A stretch of 26,604 bases of DNA from Microcoleus sp. N9_A2 (GTDB lineage: Bacteria > Cyanobacteriota > Cyanobacteriia > Cyanobacteriales > Microcoleaceae), in NCBI GenBank assembly GCA_036701775.1, contig JAUBRH010000074.1; one strand, written 5' to 3'. The position numbers and the translations under genes are program-made. The notes under the pieces were generated by a model. That model was not told the DNA's origin, made no database searches, and saw only the letters and a program-made list of their open reading frames with translations. Positions 20,456 through 26,604 of this stretch are shown piece by piece (position 1 is the stretch's first letter; the number at the start of each line of letters is the position of its first letter).

Positions 20456-21457
20456 ATGACCAATTCTTCAAAGAAACCGAAAAAATTGACTCGGAAGCCG
20501 GCAGCAATCAACACCCACGTAGATTTGACTGATACGAAGGGTGAAGGTTTGTGGCTGGAGTCGGGATTTACTGTATTTGTATGGGCTTTTGCTATAGCGA
20601 CGGCGGGCATCCTGTTCTGGATGAGTGGAATAATTTTTAAGGATGCTTGGCCGGCTATTAGCAAGTTTGGACTAGAGTTTTTGTGGAATCCAAAATGGGA
20701 TATCGGGGAGTTGCAGTTTGGGGCTTTGCCGTTTATTTACGGTACAGTAGTTAGTTCTGCGATCGCCATTATTATAGCAATTCCCCTGGGACTTTCAGTC
20801 GCGATCGTAACCAGCGAGAACTTTTTGCCGACTTGGGTGCGATCGCCCTTGGGATTCATGGTTGAATTAATATCAGCCATTCCCAGCGTCATCGTTGGCC
20901 TGTGGGGAATCTTTGTGTTAATTCCCTTTCTGCTACCTTTACAGCAGTCGCTGTTCAACAATTTCAGTTGGTTTCCCCTATTCAGCAGCGAACCTTTTGG
21001 GCCGGGAATGTTGCCCGCTGGCATACTTTTATCGATTATGATTTTGCCCACAGTCGCCGCCATCAGCCGCGATGTCTTGCTGTCGGTTCCAGTAGATTTG
21101 CGAAGTGCTTCCATGTCCCTCGGTGCCACCCGCTGGGAAACCATATTTAAGCTGTTATTGCCAGCAGCAAGTTCGGGAATTATCGGAGCGACTATCTTAG
21201 CATTGGGACGCGCTTTGGGCGAAACAATGGCAGTCACAATGGTAATTGGCAACTCGATTCAAATCAACAAATCTATATTAGCTCCCGGCTACTCAATTCC
21301 CGCTGTTTTGGCCAGTCAATTTCGGGAAGCTCAAGAAGAACTGCACATCGGTTCTCTAATGTATTTAGCCCTAATTCTATTTGTGATTACCCTATTAGTG
21401 AACGCAGTAGCAGTATTGTTGGTGCAGCTAATCGGCGTCAAGGGAGCTAAGAATTAA
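20456..21457 (+). CDS. pstC: Phosphate ABC transporter permease PstC
   Basis: A multi-pass membrane protein with the EAA-like loop ASMSLGATRWETIFKLLLP. It sits between pstS and pstA. Confidence 0.9.
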   Translation: MTNSSKKPKKLTRKPAAINTHVDLTDTKGEGLWLESGFTVFVWAFAIATAGILFWMSGIIFKDAWPAISKFGLEFLWNPKWDIGELQFGALPFIYGTVVSSAIAIIIAIPLGLSVAIVTSENFLPTWVRSPLGFMVELISAIPSVIVGLWGIFVLIPFLLPLQQSLFNNFSWFPLFSSEPFGPGMLPAGILLSIMILPTVAAISRDVLLSVPVDLRSASMSLGATRWETIFKLLLPAASSGIIGATILALGRALGETMAVTMVIGNSIQINKSILAPGYSIPAVLASQFREAQEELHIGSLMYLALILFVITLLVNAVAVLLVQLIGVKGAKN

Positions 21458-21459
21458 CC

Positions 21460-22440
21460 ATGACTCAAGCACAAAATTCAAACAGTATTCTGGATACAGA
21501 AATCTACAAACCCCTGTCACTGAGCCGAAATTTTTTCAGCCAGGGAATGACAGTTATTGCCTTCGCTCTTACAGGTCTTGCCCTGCTGCCTTTGTTCGCT
21601 ATTTTGTACAAAATATTGGGCGAAGGACTGACACACTTAAGCTGGGAAGTGCTAGTATCTCTGCCCGCACCCGTCGGAGTCGAAGACCAGCCCAACGGCT
21701 TTGCAAATGCGATTCTTGGTACAGCTTTAATGGTGGGAATTGCCACATTATTTAGCGTACCAATTGGCGTGATGACGGGAATATTTCTGTCAGAGTTTGG
21801 CAGAGAAAACAAGGCGATAGCGAATACAATCCGCTTTATCACCGTCATTCTCAGCAGCGTTCCCTCTATTGTTGTCGGCGTGTTTGCTTACGCCCTAATT
21901 GTCGTTACAACTAAGGCTTTTTCAGGATTGGCCGGCGGTGTTGCTCTTGGTATAATCATGCTGCCGGTTGTGGCGCTGACAACAGAACAAGCATTAAAAT
22001 TAGTGCCTACTTCCTATCGCCTCGCTTCTGCGGGTTTGGGAGGCGGACGCTTTCAAACAATGTTTCGGATTATTATTCCCTCAGCACTTCCGACTATTAC
22101 CACAGGCATTTTACTTGCAGCTTCCCGCGCCGCCGGCGAAACTGCACCTCTAATTGTAACTGCCTTGTCGAGCCAATTTTGGCCTCCTTTAGTTGAGAAA
22201 TTGGGGGAGATAGTTCAGTCTCCCGTCGGCACAGAAACTATCTCGAAAATCCAAGAAATTCCCGAGACACTGCTGACTCCAACTCCTTCTATGTCAGTAT
22301 TAATATACAGTTACGCCAGCTCTCCTTACAAAGAGCAAAATGAATTAGCGTGGACTGCGGCCTCTGTCCTTTTGGGAATGGTTTTGTTCACCAGTTTAGC
22401 CTCCCGCGCCGTCACTCGCAAACGCTTGCAAAATCGGTAA
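21460..22440 (+). CDS. pstA: Phosphate ABC transporter permease PstA
   Basis: A membrane protein with the loop ASAGLGGGRFQTMFRIIIP and the C-terminal YASSPY motif. It starts 2 nt after the pstC stop. Confidence 0.9.
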   Translation: MTQAQNSNSILDTEIYKPLSLSRNFFSQGMTVIAFALTGLALLPLFAILYKILGEGLTHLSWEVLVSLPAPVGVEDQPNGFANAILGTALMVGIATLFSVPIGVMTGIFLSEFGRENKAIANTIRFITVILSSVPSIVVGVFAYALIVVTTKAFSGLAGGVALGIIMLPVVALTTEQALKLVPTSYRLASAGLGGGRFQTMFRIIIPSALPTITTGILLAASRAAGETAPLIVTALSSQFWPPLVEKLGEIVQSPVGTETISKIQEIPETLLTPTPSMSVLIYSYASSPYKEQNELAWTAASVLLGMVLFTSLASRAVTRKRLQNR

Positions 22441-22450
22441 ATTGCGTGGA

Positions 22451-22485
22451 AAGGAAGAAGGAAGAAGAAAGAAGGAAGAAGGAAG
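22451..22485. repeat. Purine heptamer array (AAGGAAG)x5, one variant unit
   Basis: aaggaag aaggaag aagaaag aaggaag aaggaag, starting 10 nt after the pstA stop. Confidence 0.85.
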
Positions 22486-22603
22486 AAAACAACTATCTGT
22501 GTATTTGTGATTTCCGAAATCAGTGCATAGCTATCAAGACGAACTAAATCAGACCATCGGGTAAAATTCTGCATCTAAAAAATTACCAACCACACTAGAA
22601 AGA

Positions 22604-23464
22604 ATGCAAATAATGAAACCCAAAAGCAACTTAAAAGCTGAAAAATATAGCGACCAATTTTTAGAAGACGCGACTCCTGAAATCGACCCCAATGCAATGC
22701 CAGCCTTGCGGGTTCAGGACTTGAGTTTCTCCTACGGAACTCACAAAGTGCTCGAAAATTTGTCAATGAATATTCCTCACCCGCAAGTGACGGCGATTAT
22801 CGGCCCTTCTGGTTGTGGCAAATCAACATTTCTTAAAGCTCTAAATCGCATCGGCGAATTGGAAGGAAAAGTACAAATAAAAGGCAGGGTTGAGTTTTTT
22901 GGACAGGATATTTACAGTCCTAAAGTCAATATTAATAGTTTGCGCCGCCAAATGGGCATGGTGTTTCAAAGACCGAATCCTTTTCCGCTGAGCATTTACG
23001 ATAATATTGCTTACGGAGTGCGTATTTTTGGTCGTAAAAGCAAAGCAGAGTTAGACGAAATTGTGGAATCTGCCCTGAAAAGTGCGGCGCTTTGGGATGA
23101 AGTGAAAGATAATTTGAAGAAGTCGGCGCAGGGGATTTCGGGCGGACAGCAGCAACGGCTTTGTATTGCTCGCGCTTTGGCGGTAAAGCCAAGAATTCTG
23201 CTAATGGATGAGCCTTGTTCTGCTTTAGATCCGATTTCTACTATGAAAATTGAGGAGTTGTTTCAGACTCTGCGACAGCAGTTGACTGTGGTGATTGTAA
23301 CGCACAATATGCAGCAGGCGGCTCGGGTTTCTGATTATACGGCTTTCTTTAATACTGATGAGAGCCGCATCGGCCGCATGGTGGAATTTGGGCCGACAAG
23401 CCGGATTTTTACTTCTGCAAGTAATTCGAGTACGAGAGATTATATTCAAGGTCGTTTCGGTTAA
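22604..23464 (+). CDS. pstB: Phosphate ABC transporter ATP-binding protein PstB
   Basis: The motifs are GPSGCGKSTFLKALNR, ISGGQQQRLCIARALAVKP and LLMDEPCSALDP. An alternative start lies at 22613. Confidence 0.93.
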   Translation: MQIMKPKSNLKAEKYSDQFLEDATPEIDPNAMPALRVQDLSFSYGTHKVLENLSMNIPHPQVTAIIGPSGCGKSTFLKALNRIGELEGKVQIKGRVEFFGQDIYSPKVNINSLRRQMGMVFQRPNPFPLSIYDNIAYGVRIFGRKSKAELDEIVESALKSAALWDEVKDNLKKSAQGISGGQQQRLCIARALAVKPRILLMDEPCSALDPISTMKIEELFQTLRQQLTVVIVTHNMQQAARVSDYTAFFNTDESRIGRMVEFGPTSRIFTSASNSSTRDYIQGRFG

Positions 23465-23470
23465 TAAGTA

Positions 23471-23494
23471 GAAGGAAGAAGGAAGAAGGAAGAA
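23471..23494. repeat. Purine heptamer array (GAAGGAA)x3.4
   Basis: gaaggaagaaggaagaaggaagaa, starting 6 nt after the pstB stop. It is the exact reverse complement of 23823-23846. Confidence 0.9.
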
Positions 23495-23579
23495 TGTTTA
23501 TACAGCAAGCTTTTTAGCCATCTGTATCTTACTTTTAACTAAGTGGATTTACTTGCTTACACCTTGAACCTCTTTCAGA

Positions 23580-23640
23580 ACAGGTAAGATGCCTGTTCCA
23601 CAACAGGCAAATATTTTTGTGGAGCAGGCATCTTGCCTGC
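23580..23640. repeat. Palindromic dispersed-repeat element (CAGGYAAGATGCCTGYTCCAC inverted pair)
   Basis: ACAGGTAAGATGCCTGTTCCAC (23580-23601) matches the reverse complement of GTGGAGCAGGCATCTTGCCTGC (23619-23640) at 19 of 22 positions. Confidence 0.6.
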
Positions 23641-23822
23641 TATAGTTATGGAAGCCGCCAAGGTTCAACCGGACGTTATATCGTTTCCGGTTGCATCGGA
23701 ATGATTTAACCGCAGAGAACACAGAGAACACAGAGGGAGACGAGAGAGATATGAATAATTCCGATGAAGAGCGGAATTAATACTATTAATTGCTGAAACT
23801 ATTGCGGGAAATTGCAATTTTC

Positions 23823-23846
23823 TTCTTCCTTCTTCCTTCTTCCTTC
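23823..23846. repeat. Pyrimidine heptamer array (TTCCTTC)x3.4, inverted copy of 23471-23494
   Basis: ttcttccttcttccttcttccttc, ending 13 nt before the probable permease start at 23860. Confidence 0.9.
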
Positions 23847-23859
23847 AACATCTGGCTAT

Positions 23860-25131
23860 ATGTCTTCACCATTGCTAAAGCGAGAATTGGGTGTTTTTGG
23901 CGCAACTCTCATGGGCCTGGGCTCGATTGTGGGCACGGGAGTATTTGTGAGTATCGGAATTGCGGCGGAAATTGCGGGGCCGGGAGTGATTTTGGCTGTA
24001 GGTATTGCGGCTTTAGTTGCTGTCTGCAATGGCCTTAACAGTGCTCAGTTGGCGGCCAATCATCCTGTGAGCGGCGGTACTTATGAATATGGTTACAAAT
24101 ATCTGAATCCTTGGCTGGGTTTTACTGCCGGCTGGATGTTTATTGTAGCGAAAACGGCTTCGGCTGCTACTGCTGCTTTGGGTTTTGCGGGGTATTTTTT
24201 AAATGCAGTTGGTGTTGCCGATCGCACTTACCTCATCCTAACAGCATTAGTCGCCCTCGCCGCCCTAACTTTAATTGTCTTGACGGGAATCAGACGATCA
24301 AATATTGCCAATACAGTCACAGTCTCAGTTACACTCTTATCTCTGGCTGTCTTTATCGCTGCAGGTTTGCCAGAGGTCAGGTGGGAAAAAATGTCCGCGC
24401 TACAGAATGATAGCTCGATCGGCTCCATCCTCCACGCCACCGCCCTAATGTTTGTCGCCTACACCGGTTACGGGCGCATCGCCACCATGAGCGAAGAAGT
24501 GCGGGAACCGAGGAAAACCATTCCCAAAGCCATAATCTTTACTTTGGTGCTGACAATGCTGCTTTACGTGGCGGTAGCAATAGTTTTCGCAGGTGCGGGG
24601 GGAGATAAATTGTCCTTGCAAACAGGCGCTGCGGCTGCACCCTTGGAAGTCATCGCCCGCAGTTTCCGAATTCCGGGAGTTTCGCAACTGCTAGCCGTCG
24701 GCGCAATTACTGCCATGCTGGGAGTCTTGCTGAACTTAATTTTAGGGCTGTCGCGCGTCTGGCTGGCGATGGGGCGGCGCTTGGATGTGCCGCGAGTCTT
24801 GGCGCGGCTGAATCCTGCGGGCACAACGCCCTATGTGGCTGTGATATTTGTCGAAATTACGATCGCACTTTTAATTTTAGTCGGCGATGTCAAAACCACT
24901 TGGTCTTTTAGTGCCTTTAGCGTTTTGATCTACTACGCTATCACCAACCTCGCAGCGCTGCAACTTTCCCCCGCCGAAAGGCTTTACCCGCAGTGGCTGG
25001 CTTGGGTTGGATTGGCTGCGTGTCTGTTTCTGGCTTTTTGGGTGGAGAGGGAAATTTGGCTGACTGGGTTGGCGTTAATTGCAGCAGGTTGGGTTTTGCG
25101 GGCGATCGTCCGGCGACCGACAATAAACTAA
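23860..25131 (+). CDS. APC-superfamily amino acid permease
   Basis: A polytopic membrane protein whose N-terminus LKRELGVFGATLMGLGSIVGTGVFV is typical of APC permeases. The longer ORF from 23812 only adds a translation of the heptamer repeat (FSSSFFLLPS). Confidence 0.85.
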   Translation: MSSPLLKRELGVFGATLMGLGSIVGTGVFVSIGIAAEIAGPGVILAVGIAALVAVCNGLNSAQLAANHPVSGGTYEYGYKYLNPWLGFTAGWMFIVAKTASAATAALGFAGYFLNAVGVADRTYLILTALVALAALTLIVLTGIRRSNIANTVTVSVTLLSLAVFIAAGLPEVRWEKMSALQNDSSIGSILHATALMFVAYTGYGRIATMSEEVREPRKTIPKAIIFTLVLTMLLYVAVAIVFAGAGGDKLSLQTGAAAAPLEVIARSFRIPGVSQLLAVGAITAMLGVLLNLILGLSRVWLAMGRRLDVPRVLARLNPAGTTPYVAVIFVEITIALLILVGDVKTTWSFSAFSVLIYYAITNLAALQLSPAERLYPQWLAWVGLAACLFLAFWVEREIWLTGLALIAAGWVLRAIVRRPTIN

Positions 25132-25173
25132 CATTATGATAGATTGAGACACCATCCCGCATTGTAGAGGGCC

Positions 25174-26604
25174 ATGCCCGATCGAACTTCCTTCCTAGCC
25201 ACTCAAGAATCAGTCGCATTCAGCGCCATCAGTCGCTATATCGCTCAAACACTAATTGCCATTCAGGAACAACATCCCGAATGGATAGCTGAAAAATACA
25301 GGAAAACCCCCTGGGCCAAACCTGATTTTCAGTCAGTTTTGATTGAAAAATTGACCAAAAGTTTCCAAGTAGCCAGCGATACCAAATCCCTGCTGCAGAC
25401 AGCCAAAAAATATCTCCAAATTCTGCTGATTCCAGAATTCATTAATTCATCTCAATTCAGCAAAATATTTGCCAAAATTCAGCAGCTAGCCACAGCCGCA
25501 TCGCAAAACACAGTTTCCCCAAAACCTCCAAATCCCACCGCAAATCAAACACATTCGCTTCCTATCGGCATTGCCATCTTGCTGCTAGATGTCGAAAACT
25601 TGCAACTCACCATCGAAACCGAAAAATTCCTAGAAAAAATCTCGCACTATCCCATCCAAATCAAAGTAGCCTTTGCCAACTGGCGCAGCATGGGCAAAAA
25701 AGATGCCGAATTTCACCAGCGCGGCTATCAACTGATTCACGTGCCCCCCGGCAAAGACAGCGCCGACTTAAAAATGGCAACAGTAGGCGCATCAATTTTC
25801 GTACATTATCCCACAGCCAAAGAGATTTTTGTCTGTTCGTCCGATCGCGCCCTCACCCACCTCAGCAACACACTGCAAGCCCACGGATTAACCGTATTTC
25901 AAGTCCGCAAGCAAATAGATAAAATCATAGTTTTAAACAGCCAAACCGGACAAGTAGAAACCCATTCCCTTGTAACCATACCGGAAATTACACCCGTAGA
26001 ACAATTAGTTATTCAACTAAAAGAATTAATCAAAAAAGAGCAAAAACGCACCTCCGCTCAGTGGATAAAAATTTCCACAATTTCAGCTTTATTTACAGAA
26101 AATTACGGTTTAGTCCTAAATCAAATTGTTACCCAGCATCTCCTAGGAACTAAAACCAGAGAGATATTTCTCAAATATCCCACCGATTTTGTTCTTCACA
26201 AACCCTCAGAAAAATCTCAAACTTATGTCACTATCTTTGAAGTTAAATTACCCCCACCACCGCCCATACTTAACAAAGACAATGTGAATCACACCCAAGC
26301 AGCACAGACTAGCTTAACAGATATTAATTCTCTCGAAGACTTGGAAAAAGCTATAGTCAAAATAGTTAGCGACTTAACCGACAACTCTCCTCAAAATTCT
26401 GTATTTCTTTCCAATGTAGGCAGCGAATTTCAAAGACAATACGGCAAACAAATTACCCAAACAATTAAAGAGTTTAATCTCGGTAAAAAATTCCCTAATT
26501 TTTTGCAATCCTGCGCTTCTCTCCAGCTAAAAAAAGTCGAAAAAGGCTGGCAAGTTTCTCTCAATCAACTAAAAACTAAAATATATCAACCTCCCCATTA
26601 CTAG
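25174..26604 (+). CDS. NYN-domain protein with OST-HTH/LOTUS-like C-terminus (paralog of 17452-18861)
   Basis: IAILLLDVENL ... KDSADLKMA ... IFVCSSDRAL ... HGLTVFQVR aligns residue-for-residue with the first paralog. The C-terminal segment is FQRQYGKQITQTIKEFNLGKKFPNFLQSCASLQL. The stop codon is the last triplet of the window. Confidence 0.8.
   Translation: MPDRTSFLATQESVAFSAISRYIAQTLIAIQEQHPEWIAEKYRKTPWAKPDFQSVLIEKLTKSFQVASDTKSLLQTAKKYLQILLIPEFINSSQFSKIFAKIQQLATAASQNTVSPKPPNPTANQTHSLPIGIAILLLDVENLQLTIETEKFLEKISHYPIQIKVAFANWRSMGKKDAEFHQRGYQLIHVPPGKDSADLKMATVGASIFVHYPTAKEIFVCSSDRALTHLSNTLQAHGLTVFQVRKQIDKIIVLNSQTGQVETHSLVTIPEITPVEQLVIQLKELIKKEQKRTSAQWIKISTISALFTENYGLVLNQIVTQHLLGTKTREIFLKYPTDFVLHKPSEKSQTYVTIFEVKLPPPPPILNKDNVNHTQAAQTSLTDINSLEDLEKAIVKIVSDLTDNSPQNSVFLSNVGSEFQRQYGKQITQTIKEFNLGKKFPNFLQSCASLQLKKVEKGWQVSLNQLKTKIYQPPHY

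Noticed and set aside
23812-23859. Longer start for the permease ORF, and overlapping ORF 23790-24038
   Set aside because: The extra residues (FSSSFFLLPSTS) are just the translation of the TTCCTTC heptamer array. The typical APC N-terminus begins at the ATG at 23860.

Overview
This is a cyanobacterial chromosomal segment. Evidence for that: the HIP1 octamer GCGATCGC recurs throughout (e.g. 432-439, 579-586), psbD is present, there is an SLH/OprB-type porin, and heptamer STRR-like repeats and small palindromic MITE-like elements are common. The repeat families suggest a filamentous Oscillatoriales-like genome, but that is only a guess. I support 21 protein genes. In order: cysK and an Rrf2 regulator (-), SLH-OprB porin (-), GAF/HD-GYP protein (-), pterin-4a-carbinolamine dehydratase (-), a stand-alone psbD (-), a small conserved protein and an ABC ATPase (+), DUF4058-like protein (-), an 80-aa protein (-), XRE HTH (+), coiled-coil protein (+), NB-ARC/TPR STAND NTPase (+), ubiD (-), NYN/OST-HTH protein (+), pstSCAB (+), APC permease (+), and a second NYN/OST-HTH paralog (+). 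I found no rRNA, tRNA, CRISPR array, transposase or integrase. The most interesting region is the central accessory-looking locus at 10650-15571, with DUF4058 and a small ORF diverging from XRE-HTH, a coiled-coil ORF and NB-ARC-TPR. The NB-ARC ORF has no credible start codon of its own. It appears to be joined to the upstream coiled-coil ORF through an A_AAA_AAG -1 frameshift site followed by a hairpin, which would give an NLR-like CC-NB-ARC-TPR protein. Its ten TPR units are nearly identical apart from a few hypervariable columns. Secondary items are an ORF-free ~790-bp gap with a well-folded ~130-nt element, two NYN/OST-HTH paralogs bracketing the pst operon, perfectly complementary purine/pyrimidine heptamer arrays around pstB, and a three-copy MITE family. 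All functional calls come from reading the translated ORFs and motifs by eye. No database search was run.
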